NCBI GenBank assembly: GCA_918244965.1
Contig: CAKJYC010000004.1
Coordinates: forward strand, 1,185 to 65,184
Reading direction: 5' to 3'
From: Clostridiales bacterium
GTDB lineage: Bacteria; Bacillota; Clostridia; Christensenellales; CAG-138
DNA: 64,000 nt
The position numbers and the translations under genes were made by a program. Shown in pieces: positions 9,244-17,926 of this stretch; position 1 is the first letter of the stretch, and each line of letters opens with the position of its first letter. The notes under the pieces are model-generated. The model saw only the letters and a program-made list of their open reading frames with translations, was not told the DNA's origin and ran no database searches.

Positions 9244-10413
9244 ATGGAAAAAGTCATATTGGTACGATATGCAGAGATCCATCTGAAGGGACTGAACCGC
9301 CCGTTCTTTGAACGCCTGCTTGTTGACCGCATCAAACAGGCGCTGAACCCGATCAAGGCAAACGTGACGCGCGAACAGGGACGCATCTTTGCCTACGGCG
9401 TCCCGGAAGAAGAGATCGAGCGATGCGTTGATCGGCTTTGCCGCGTGTTCGGCATCCATTCCGTCAGCGTTGCGCGCTGCGTGGAAAAGGACTGGAACGC
9501 CATCCGGGAAGCCGCGATCGAGGAGACGCGCCCGTATGCGTCCGGCGCGGACGGATTGACGTTCAAGTGCTTTGCACGTCGCGCGGACAAGCGGTTTCCG
9601 ATGACGTCGGAGCAGATTTGCCGCGAACTCGGCCATGAGCTTCTGGAAGCCTATCCGAATCTTTCGGTCGATGTGCATCATCCGAAGCTGCCGGTCACCG
9701 TTGAGATCCGTCAGAACAATGCATTCGTGTACACGGGCGAGGTCCTTGGCGCAGGCGGCATGCCCGTCGGCTCAAACGGAAAGGCGATGCTCTTGATTTC
9801 CGGAGGCATCGACAGCCCCGTTGCAGGCTATATGATCGCAAAACGCGGAGTTATGCTTGACGCGATCCATTTTTACAGTTATCCTTATACAAGTGAACGC
9901 GCGCGTGACAAGGTGATCGAATTGACAAAGCTGGTCGCGCGATATGCCGGACGGATCAATCTGTACCTGGTTCCGTTCACCGAGATTCAGCTGACGATCT
10001 ACGACAAATGCCCTTCGACCGAAACCACGGTGCTGATGCGGCGGCTGATGATGAAGATCGCCGAGCGGATCGCGAAGGATACCGGGTCGCTTGCACTGAT
10101 CACCGGTGAGTCGATCGGTCAGGTGGCAAGCCAGACGATCGAATCGCTCTGTGTGACAGACGATGCCGTTTCCATGCCGGTGTTCCGGCCGCTGATCGGC
10201 TTCGATAAGGAAGAGATCGTTGAGAAGGCGGAGAAGATCGGCACGTTTGAAACGTCGATCCTCCCGTATGAGGACTGCTGTACGGTGTTTGTACCGAAGC
10301 ATCCGGTCACAAAACCGAAGGTGGACAAGCTGCGCGAAAGTGAAGCACTTGTCGATTTTGAACCGCTGATCGAACAGGCGATCGCAGCGACGGAACGGAT
10401 GGATATCCGCTGA
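9244..10413 (+). CDS. thiI: tRNA 4-thiouridine synthase ThiI (no rhodanese domain)
   Basis: EIHLKGLNR, SGGIDSPVA PP-loop, GESIGQVASQT, PYEDCC. Confidence 0.95.
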   Translation: MEKVILVRYAEIHLKGLNRPFFERLLVDRIKQALNPIKANVTREQGRIFAYGVPEEEIERCVDRLCRVFGIHSVSVARCVEKDWNAIREAAIEETRPYASGADGLTFKCFARRADKRFPMTSEQICRELGHELLEAYPNLSVDVHHPKLPVTVEIRQNNAFVYTGEVLGAGGMPVGSNGKAMLLISGGIDSPVAGYMIAKRGVMLDAIHFYSYPYTSERARDKVIELTKLVARYAGRINLYLVPFTEIQLTIYDKCPSTETTVLMRRLMMKIAERIAKDTGSLALITGESIGQVASQTIESLCVTDDAVSMPVFRPLIGFDKEEIVEKAEKIGTFETSILPYEDCCTVFVPKHPVTKPKVDKLRESEALVDFEPLIEQAIAATERMDIR

Positions 10414-10452
10414 ACAAAGTATCCTGGATTCTTACGGAAAGGAGGAATACAA

Positions 10453-10701
10453 ATGAAACTGATTCTTGCAATCATCGGACTCGCGCTTGTGCTTGTGATC
10501 ATTGCTGGCGCTGTTCTGTACATTCTGAATGAAAAAGGCATCCTTAAGGGACCGCTGTCTGACTGGATCACCAAGGTGAAGAACAGCATTCTCGGTATCA
10601 AAGATGATACGGAGGAAATGATCGATCAGATGAAAAACAGTGAGATCGTGCCGGGCCGGGGAAGTATCGTTCTCTTTGCGGCAGAATGGAATCTTCTGTA
10701 A
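10453..10701 (+). CDS. small membrane-anchored hypothetical protein
   Basis: AAAGGAGG SD, N-terminal hydrophobic helix, followed by hairpin plus T-tract (10711-10740). Confidence 0.7.
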   Translation: MKLILAIIGLALVLVIIAGAVLYILNEKGILKGPLSDWITKVKNSILGIKDDTEEMIDQMKNSEIVPGRGSIVLFAAEWNLL

Positions 10702-10744
10702 CGGTACCGGTCGCAGATGCGGCTTCGCATTGCGATTTTTGTAC

Positions 10745-10773
10745 TTGACAAAACAGGAGCCGGGTGCTACTAT
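10745..10773 (+). promoter_or_regulatory. sigma-A promoter of tRNA-Pro
   Basis: TTGACA-17 nt-TACTAT with TG extension. Confidence 0.8.
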
Positions 10774-10793
10774 AACATTCGGCTCCGATATCT

Positions 10794-10870
10794 CTGGGTG
10801 TAGCGCAGTTTGGTAGCGTGCTTGAATGGGGTTCAAGAGGCCGAGAGTTCAAATCTCTCCACCCAGACCA
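10794..10870 (+). tRNA. tRNA-Pro(GGG)
   Basis: Acceptor stem CTGGGTG/CACCCAG, anticodon arm CTTGA-ATGGGGT-TCAAG, GTTCAAAT T-loop, encoded CCA. Confidence 0.95.
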
Positions 10871-10872
10871 TG

Positions 10873-10907
10873 TCGCTGTGAACGATGACTCGTTCGCAGC
10901 GATTTTT
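10873..10907 (+). terminator. intrinsic terminator after tRNA-Pro
   Basis: tcgctgtgaacga-tgac-tcgttcgcagcga followed by ttttt. Confidence 0.8.
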
Positions 10908-10989
10908 ATTTGCATCTTTTTCGGAAATGGGGTAGATTCGGCGCATCAAATGTGATACAATCATTCCAGAAACAATCAGGAGGGCATTT

Positions 10990-12375
10990 ATGGAACGTAC
11001 TGTCGCATGGAACACCTATAACAAAACCGATCTCAGAAAGCTCGAAGCCGTGTCGAAGGAATACCGCGCATTCCTGGACGCCGGCAAAACGGAACGCGAA
11101 TGCGTTGCCGGCGCGATTGAACGCGCAAAGGCAGCAGGCTATCGCGATCTCAAAGACGTCATCCGTGAGAACGGCGCACTGAAAGCGGGCGATCGCGTCT
11201 ATGCGGACTGCATGGGCAAGGCGATCATGCTGTTTATCGTCGGCAAACAGCCGATGGAGAAGGGCTTCAACATCATCGGCGCACATATCGACTCGCCGCG
11301 CATGGACCTGAAGCAGAATCCGCTGTATGAGGATTCCGGCCTTGCGTACCTTGATACGCATTACTACGGCGGCATCAAAAAGTATCAGTGGGTCACGATC
11401 CCGCTGGCCTTGCACGGCGTCGTCGCAAAGAAGAACGGTACGCTCGTCAACATCGTGATCGGCGAGGATGAGAATGATCCGGTCGTCGGCATTTCGGACC
11501 TTTTGATCCACCTGTCCGCCGATCAGCTGCAGAAGAAAGCAGCCGTCGCCATTGAGGGCGAGGATCTGAACGTCATCATCGGCGGTATGCCGCTGAAGGA
11601 CGAGGAGAAGGAGCCTGTCAAGGCGAATATGCTGAAGCTCCTCAAGGAGAAATACGACATTGAAGAAGAGGACTTCCTCTCCGCCGAAATCGAGGTCGTT
11701 CCGGCAGGCAGGAGCCGTGAGCTCGGCCTGGACCGCAGCATGATCATCGGCTACGGACACGACGATCGCGTATGCGCATTTGCACAGATCAAGGCGATGC
11801 TTGACGTCAAGACCACTCCGGAATCTACCTGCTGCTGCATCCTTGCCGACAAGGAAGAGATCGGTTCCGTCGGAGCGACCGGCATGCATGCAAAATACTT
11901 TGAGAACACAGTCGCGGAGATCATGAACCTGACCGGCGAGTATTCCGAATTGAAGCTGCGCCGTGCGCTCACCAATGCGCATATGCTGTCCTGCGACGTC
12001 AGCGCCGGCTTCGATCCGAACTTTGCGGGTGTGTTTGAAAAGAAGAACAGCGCGTTCCTCGGAAAAGGCGTTTGCTTCAACAAATACACCGGCGCGCGCG
12101 GCAAGAGCGGCTCGAACGACGCCAACGCCGAATACATGGCAAAGCTGCGCAAGTGGATGGACGACGCCAAGGTTCGCTATCAGACGGCCGAGCTCGGCAA
12201 GGTCGACGCGGGCGGCGGCGGCACGATCGCCTATATCTGCGCCGAATACGGCATGGAGGTTATCGACAGCGGAGTTGCCGTTCTGTCCATGCACGCGCCG
12301 TGGGAGATCATCTCCAAGGCTGACCTGTATGAAGCATTCAAAGCATACCGTGCATTCCTGCTCAAGGCGGAATGA
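10990..12375 (+). CDS. M18 family aminopeptidase
   Basis: GAHIDSPR, HYYGGIKKYQW, GHDDR, DKEEIGS, SMHAP motifs. Confidence 0.92.
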   Translation: MERTVAWNTYNKTDLRKLEAVSKEYRAFLDAGKTERECVAGAIERAKAAGYRDLKDVIRENGALKAGDRVYADCMGKAIMLFIVGKQPMEKGFNIIGAHIDSPRMDLKQNPLYEDSGLAYLDTHYYGGIKKYQWVTIPLALHGVVAKKNGTLVNIVIGEDENDPVVGISDLLIHLSADQLQKKAAVAIEGEDLNVIIGGMPLKDEEKEPVKANMLKLLKEKYDIEEEDFLSAEIEVVPAGRSRELGLDRSMIIGYGHDDRVCAFAQIKAMLDVKTTPESTCCCILADKEEIGSVGATGMHAKYFENTVAEIMNLTGEYSELKLRRALTNAHMLSCDVSAGFDPNFAGVFEKKNSAFLGKGVCFNKYTGARGKSGSNDANAEYMAKLRKWMDDAKVRYQTAELGKVDAGGGGTIAYICAEYGMEVIDSGVAVLSMHAPWEIISKADLYEAFKAYRAFLLKAE

Positions 12376-12389
12376 CACAAATAGTTCAC

Positions 12390-12418
12390 AAGCGGAAGGG
12401 ACTTCCTTCCGCTTTTTT
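12390..12418 (+). terminator. intrinsic terminator
   Basis: aagcggaagg-gactt-ccttccgctt plus T-tract. Confidence 0.8.
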
Positions 12419-12468
12419 CGTGGACAAACGGCGGAATATGATGTATACTGTGATAAAAGGTGAATTTT

Positions 12469-14091
12469 ATGCGCAGTAAGATCTGTATTATCATAATCCT
12501 TATACTGGTTGTCTTTTCGATAGCAGGCTGTCATACCGAAGAACCTGTTGCCGTTGTTGAAACACCCGTGCCTGAAACGCCTTCGCCGACCGAGACAGCA
12601 GAAAGCACGGTTATGCTCGAAGCGCTTTCGTCCGGAGAGGAGGAGGTCGCGATTACCGTTACAGAGCCTCCGACGCCAACACCTGTGCCCACTGCGGAAC
12701 CGACGCCGGAACCGACAGCGACCCCTGAACCAACCGCAACGCCGGAGCCGAATCCGTACGCCGGCATCTGGACGATTGAGGACCTGCCGCTTTCACTGGA
12801 GCTTCGAAACGACGGGACATATGTTGTTTCGACGACCGACGAGGATCGGACCGGTACGTTTACATCTGATGCGTCAGGCGTTGAGCTGCACGTTTCCGAA
12901 ACCCGGACCGTAAAAATGACATATTATTCCAAATCGGACGTCATGAAGATCAACGATTTCAAGTTGATTCGGGATGATCTTATTTTGCTCACCGAGCTTG
13001 ATATGATCCCGAAATCGTTCGTTGCGGAAAACGATGATCTGACAGTCACAGTTCGCGGCGCGGTCGTGGACGCCGTTTTGAAAAACGGGCGGCAGATGCA
13101 GCAGTACTGCTTTACCCTGCAGGGGCTTCAGCCGGCCGCCAAATCGCGCGATTGGTTCGACGTCACGGATTCCGGCGAACCATCCGATACGCTTCATGTT
13201 TTCAAATATGATGGCAAATATACATTGTGGACACGCGATGCAGAGGGGAATGCATATCAGCCGATCGACGTCACGGTGGTTTCCGGCTTCCGCTATCCCA
13301 TTCGGGCGGAGGGGCTTGAATCCGTGCATACGTCCGTGAAAACACTGTTGAAAAACGAACATGTTTCGATCGACGATATGAATCGCAAGATCAGCCGTGA
13401 TATCGTCGCAGCAGGATTGTATACCCGTGCGGGCGTCGTTACGTCCGGCATATCGCTGATCTCGCATATGGCAGAGTACGGGTATTCCATCGTATATCAG
13501 GGCCACGGTGCCTATCAGGCTGCGAGAGACTGGGGCGTGAATCCGAATTGGGGCGCAAAGCTGGACAAGCCGACCTCCGATGCAAACGGCGTCTATTACT
13601 ATACCGGCATGCAGTGCGTGGCAAGTATCGTATGGGCGAATAAGCAGGCAGGCATGAACATGTGCTCCGAGGTCAATTCCAAGATCGGTACGCTGGGAGA
13701 GCGCACAAAAGCGCGCGACAACAAGATCGACTATGACCGGGCCGAATCCGGCGATATCGTCAAAACCAGCACGGGACACTATCTGATGATCGTCGACCGT
13801 CTTGATCAGAATCGGGATGGCGCAGACGACGCTTATCTGACCTACGAAATGTGGGCGCCGCATTTAACGCTGCTTGTCCAGACATTCCGTGCCATGCGCG
13901 GCAGAGAGTTTTTCTCGATGGACGCATATTTCGACAATACGGGCAGGAATACAAAAAAAGCGTCGTACTGGAAGAACACATTCCGTATTCCGCTCGAAGA
14001 GCTTCCTCTGTATCTGCAGGAGGCGCAGCAGACGGAGATGACCGGACGCAGCTTTGAAGCACTGCTCAACGATCTTGGATTCGAGAGGTAA
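12469..14091 (+). CDS. lipoprotein with Pro/Thr-rich linker and putative papain-like (NlpC/P60/CHAP-type) C-terminal domain
   Basis: Lipobox SIAGC; PTPEPTATPEP repeats; GMQCVASIVWA, GDIV and GHYLMIV spaced like a Cys-His dyad; ATG 12469 after AAGGTG. Confidence 0.65.
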   Translation: MRSKICIIIILILVVFSIAGCHTEEPVAVVETPVPETPSPTETAESTVMLEALSSGEEEVAITVTEPPTPTPVPTAEPTPEPTATPEPTATPEPNPYAGIWTIEDLPLSLELRNDGTYVVSTTDEDRTGTFTSDASGVELHVSETRTVKMTYYSKSDVMKINDFKLIRDDLILLTELDMIPKSFVAENDDLTVTVRGAVVDAVLKNGRQMQQYCFTLQGLQPAAKSRDWFDVTDSGEPSDTLHVFKYDGKYTLWTRDAEGNAYQPIDVTVVSGFRYPIRAEGLESVHTSVKTLLKNEHVSIDDMNRKISRDIVAAGLYTRAGVVTSGISLISHMAEYGYSIVYQGHGAYQAARDWGVNPNWGAKLDKPTSDANGVYYYTGMQCVASIVWANKQAGMNMCSEVNSKIGTLGERTKARDNKIDYDRAESGDIVKTSTGHYLMIVDRLDQNRDGADDAYLTYEMWAPHLTLLVQTFRAMRGREFFSMDAYFDNTGRNTKKASYWKNTFRIPLEELPLYLQEAQQTEMTGRSFEALLNDLGFER

Positions 14092-14094
14092 CGG

Positions 14095-15630
14095 ATGCGC
14101 AAACGATTCTGGAAACAATTCGGGATTCTGTGCCTGATGGCGGCAATGCTGTTTGTTTTGCTGCCGGTACGCGTCGGGGCAGAAGACGCAAATGCCGAAA
14201 ACCTGTCCAAGCAGTGCCGATATACCGCGGATTTCAAGTTGCATGACGAATGGCTGAAGGATGCTGATTTCGATACCGTCCAACGCATCAACAAGGGAAA
14301 AACGGTATCGGTCGAATGGAACGATTCGGTTCCGGTCGCGTCCGTGTATCTTTCCTTCTACGGCGCACCTGTCGCATATACGGTAAGGCAATTCGATATA
14401 AACGGGCAGCTGCTATCGGAAGAACCGGGTGTTCTGCTGTACAATGTCCTGATCGAAACGCTCGCGCAGACGCGCAAGGTCTCGATCCGTGCGGATGAGG
14501 ATAATTGCTCTTTGTGTTCGCTGTACGCTTACGGCGCCGGTGCGGTCACGGACGTACATCCTTTTCTGCCGACCGTCGAAAAAGCTGATTACATGACGTT
14601 TGCAATGCATCCGGATGACGACGTACTGTTTTTAGGCGCAGTCTATCCGCTGTATGAAGCAGATCGCGGCCTGACCGGCGTTTCCATGATCATGAGCACA
14701 AAACTGCCGGAGAAGTTTCAACGGCAGCGGCGGCAGGAGGATCTGAACAGCTCCTGGGCGCTCGGCCTGAAAACACAGCCGGTTTTCGGCGGATTCCCGG
14801 ACATTCCGCAGGATTACTATGAAAAGTTCCATCACACGTTTACAAAGGAAGACGTCACACGGTATGCGGTTACGCAGATCCGGAAGTATCGTCCTGAAGT
14901 CGTCATAACGCAGGACCTGAACGGTGAATACGGACACTGGCAGCATAAGGTGCTTGCCGAGGGCGTTCGTGCAGCAGTTCCGCTTGCAGCAGACCCGAAC
15001 TATCAGCCAAAAGGTTATCCGGCGTCTGAAGCATGGCAGGTGAAGAAGCTGTATATCCATTTGTACCCGGAACACAGAATCACACTCGACGTCAATCGAC
15101 CGATCGACGCATTGAACGGACAATCTGCATTTGAAGCGGCAACGGCGGCGTTCCGGTACCACGAAACGCAGATCAAAAAAGACAATCATCATGTTTCCAC
15201 AAAGGAATACAGCATTGCGGAATTCGGTCTTGCCTATACGGTCGTAGGCGATGATACGCAGGGCGTGAATGATATGTTCGAGCATGTGGATCCGTATGCG
15301 CTGTCTGTAACGCCGACCCCGGAGCCGACCGCTGTTCCGACGCCGCAGCCAACGGATACGCCGGAACCTACGGAAGCACCGACTGCGGCGCCGACTGTCG
15401 CACCTGCTGCGTCCGGTACGCCTGCGCCGATCATTTCGGATACAGAGCTGGAGCAGAAGCACTCGACAGCCGACCCGACGGCGGCACCCGAAGTGCCGGC
15501 ACAGCCTGATTCGGAACCGGAAGAGAATACGAACGATTCCAAGACGACACTTCTGCTGATCGGCGGCGGACTCGTCCTATTGCTTTCCGGATTGCTTGCA
15601 GCACTGCTGATCGTACGCAGAAGGAGATGA
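14095..15630 (+). CDS. exported, C-terminally anchored PIG-L/LmbE family deacetylase
   Basis: Signal peptide; AMHPDDD, RRQE, GEYGHWQH motifs; PT-rich linker; C-terminal hydrophobic helix with basic tail. Confidence 0.75.
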   Translation: MRKRFWKQFGILCLMAAMLFVLLPVRVGAEDANAENLSKQCRYTADFKLHDEWLKDADFDTVQRINKGKTVSVEWNDSVPVASVYLSFYGAPVAYTVRQFDINGQLLSEEPGVLLYNVLIETLAQTRKVSIRADEDNCSLCSLYAYGAGAVTDVHPFLPTVEKADYMTFAMHPDDDVLFLGAVYPLYEADRGLTGVSMIMSTKLPEKFQRQRRQEDLNSSWALGLKTQPVFGGFPDIPQDYYEKFHHTFTKEDVTRYAVTQIRKYRPEVVITQDLNGEYGHWQHKVLAEGVRAAVPLAADPNYQPKGYPASEAWQVKKLYIHLYPEHRITLDVNRPIDALNGQSAFEAATAAFRYHETQIKKDNHHVSTKEYSIAEFGLAYTVVGDDTQGVNDMFEHVDPYALSVTPTPEPTAVPTPQPTDTPEPTEAPTAAPTVAPAASGTPAPIISDTELEQKHSTADPTAAPEVPAQPDSEPEENTNDSKTTLLLIGGGLVLLLSGLLAALLIVRRRR

Positions 15631-15634
15631 TCGG

Positions 15635-17362
15635 ATGAAACGGTTTTTCATCGGTTTTATCATACTCATTACGGCATTTGCGCTTGCCTGTGCACAGGAG
15701 CCGCATGTCGTTGAACAGCCTGCGGATACGGCTGCACCCGTTTCAGTCACGGCTGCTCCGGTCGAAACGGTCCCGCCGGCGGAAACGGATGTGGTCACGG
15801 TTGCGAAAACCGAATGGATCGTGACGGCGGAAGAGGGGATGCCGACGATCGAAACGCTTTCCGGCATGCATTCGCTGCGCTTTCTGGATTTACGTGCGCT
15901 GCCGCATACGGCATATTCCGAGATCGAAGCGATCCGCGAAGCGCTTCCGAGCTGTCGTGTTCTCTGGAATCAGCTGTTGACGGACGGGGCGTTTGCGACG
16001 GATGCGGAGACGCTGACGCTTCCGAACGCTACACCGGAGGACGTCCGCATGCTTTCCGTATTTGAACTGCTTCGATCGGTCGATGCGTCCGGCAGCACCG
16101 CATACGAAGACCTCTGCGCGTTCAAGGCGTCGCATCCGAATGTCGACGTGCATTATACACTTTCGCTCGGCGAACGAACAATCTCCGAGTCCGATACGTC
16201 GGTCGTCGTTCCGGAAGGATTCGATGCAGATCTGCTGATCGCCGACCTAAGATGGTTTCCGAATATTACAGAAGCGGATCTGCGCAGCAGCGGATGGGAC
16301 GAAAAGGCAGTAACTGATTTTGTTCAGGCCTTTCCGCAGATGAAGGTGCATCGCATGATCCGGATCGGCTCGTTGATGCTTGATTCCGATGCGGAGTTCC
16401 TGGACCTTCGCGAACAAAGCGATCTGTCGACAAGTGAACTGCTGGCGGTATTATCCGCATTTCCGTCCTTAAAAACGCTTGCGCTTCCTGCCGTGATGAA
16501 TGAAACCGACGCAGCGGCGATCCGGGATGCCTATCAGACCGTCAATATTGTCGGGCCTGTTTCTGCGTTCGGGAAAACCTATGAAGGCTGGGCCGAAGAG
16601 ATCGACATTTCCACAGTCAAGCTCGGCGGACCGGAGGAGGCAGCAGAGCTTTTGGATCAACTGCCGTTTTTGAAAACGGCTGTTATGTGCGATTGCGGGT
16701 TATCCAACGATCAGATGGAGACGCTGCTGAACGCATATCCGAATGTGAAGTTTGTCTGGACGATCGAGATCGGCAAACGAAAACTCCGTACCGACGCCAT
16801 CGGGTTTTCAACAAAGAATCCCTCGAAGTACACGAATCCGAACTCGTCTGACGCGTACAACCAATCCGTCAAAAAGGCGATCCGGCTGAAGGAGGGCGAC
16901 ATTGAAGCGCTGAAATACTGCACGGATCTGGAAGCGCTCGATCTCGGCCATAACTATCTGACCAACAACGATCTTCAGGTGATCGCCGGATTGACGAAGC
17001 TGAAGATCCTGATCCTTGCGGACAACAAGATCACGGATATTTCCGCACTGACGACACTCAAGGACCTTGAATACATCGAACTGTTCATGAACAAGATCCC
17101 CGACCTGTCGCCGCTCGCGGAAATGCCGTCGCTGATCGACGTGAATGTTTGCAACACGGGCGTGTCGGATCTTTCGCCGCTCATGGAACTGAAAAACGCA
17201 AAGCGTCTCTGGTACGCGATGAATCCGTTTTCCAAAGACCAGGCTGCGGCGGTCAAGGCCGCGCTGCCGGACTGTCTCTGCAATTACACAACGCGTGACG
17301 AGACCGGAGACGGCTGGCGGACCGATCCGCGCTATCATTGGATGCGGTCATATTTCAAATAA
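15635..17362 (+). CDS. exported leucine-rich repeat protein (probable lipoprotein)
   Basis: Signal ending FALAC; LRR units LEALDLGHNYL, LKILILADNKITDISAL, LEYIELFMNKIPDLSPL. Confidence 0.8.
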   Translation: MKRFFIGFIILITAFALACAQEPHVVEQPADTAAPVSVTAAPVETVPPAETDVVTVAKTEWIVTAEEGMPTIETLSGMHSLRFLDLRALPHTAYSEIEAIREALPSCRVLWNQLLTDGAFATDAETLTLPNATPEDVRMLSVFELLRSVDASGSTAYEDLCAFKASHPNVDVHYTLSLGERTISESDTSVVVPEGFDADLLIADLRWFPNITEADLRSSGWDEKAVTDFVQAFPQMKVHRMIRIGSLMLDSDAEFLDLREQSDLSTSELLAVLSAFPSLKTLALPAVMNETDAAAIRDAYQTVNIVGPVSAFGKTYEGWAEEIDISTVKLGGPEEAAELLDQLPFLKTAVMCDCGLSNDQMETLLNAYPNVKFVWTIEIGKRKLRTDAIGFSTKNPSKYTNPNSSDAYNQSVKKAIRLKEGDIEALKYCTDLEALDLGHNYLTNNDLQVIAGLTKLKILILADNKITDISALTTLKDLEYIELFMNKIPDLSPLAEMPSLIDVNVCNTGVSDLSPLMELKNAKRLWYAMNPFSKDQAAAVKAALPDCLCNYTTRDETGDGWRTDPRYHWMRSYFK

Positions 17363-17374
17363 CTGCAATCGTGC

Positions 17375-17403
17375 TTGCAACCGGCGATCGGTTGCGGTAT
17401 AAT
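17375..17403 (+). promoter_or_regulatory. sigma-A promoter
   Basis: TTGCAA-17 nt-TATAAT, then AGGAGGTG SD and TTG start at 17428. Confidence 0.75.
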
Positions 17404-17427
17404 AAACAAAAAACAGGAGGTGCGGAT

Positions 17428-17838
17428 TTGATTCAAATCATCTTCGGGGAAAAGGGGTCCGGCAAAACGAAACGGATCCTCGAACTGGCCAATCAGGCTG
17501 CGGAGAATGCAAAGGGCAGCGTCGTTTTCATTGATGAGGACGACCGGTATATGTACGATCTGAATTTGTCCGTCCGTTTTATCAATGCGACGGAGTATGC
17601 GCTTTCCGGACCGAAAATGTTTTACGGGTTTTTGTGCGGGATCGCGGCGTCGGATCATGACCTTGAGTATATTGTGATCGACAGCTTCATGCATCTGGTT
17701 CATCACGATCTTGTTTCCTTGAAAGAGATGTTCGATCGGCTGGAGTCGTTTTCCAATGCGCACGGTATTCGGCTGATTCTGTCTCTGTCATGCGCGCCGG
17801 AACAGCTTCCGGAGTATCTGAAGGCATATACGGTATAG
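17428..17838 (+). CDS. small P-loop NTPase-like protein
   Basis: GEKGSGKT Walker A, YIVID Walker B-like; TTG start after AGGAGG. Confidence 0.8.
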   Translation: MIQIIFGEKGSGKTKRILELANQAAENAKGSVVFIDEDDRYMYDLNLSVRFINATEYALSGPKMFYGFLCGIAASDHDLEYIVIDSFMHLVHHDLVSLKEMFDRLESFSNAHGIRLILSLSCAPEQLPEYLKAYTV

Positions 17839-17866
17839 CGCTGCGCTGCAAAGCAGATTATGATCG

Positions 17867-17901
17867 GGGGCTGTGAAAACAGATCTTTCACAGCTCCTTT
17901 T
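17867..17901 (+). terminator. intrinsic terminator
   Basis: ggggctgtgaaa / tttcacagctcc stem followed by tttt. Confidence 0.7.
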
Positions 17902-17926
17902 ATCAAACGGGAGAATGACATCGAAT

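Noticed and set aside
10794-10870. tRNA-Pro (and tRNA-Ala at 53591-53667) as island integration sites
   Set aside because: No duplicated tRNA 3' ends or adjacent integrase seen; both are followed by hairpins and housekeeping genes.
10906-12534. 542-aa minus-strand ORF opposite the M18 aminopeptidase (likewise 7988-9244, 43584-44771, 1187-2323)
   Set aside because: Shadow ORFs expected in GC-rich coding DNA; the opposite strand carries recognisable proteins.
12661-12750. Short tandem repeats here and at about 15310-15420 as CRISPR or VNTR
   Set aside because: They are degenerate in-frame codons for Pro/Thr linkers, without constant repeats, spacers or cas genes.
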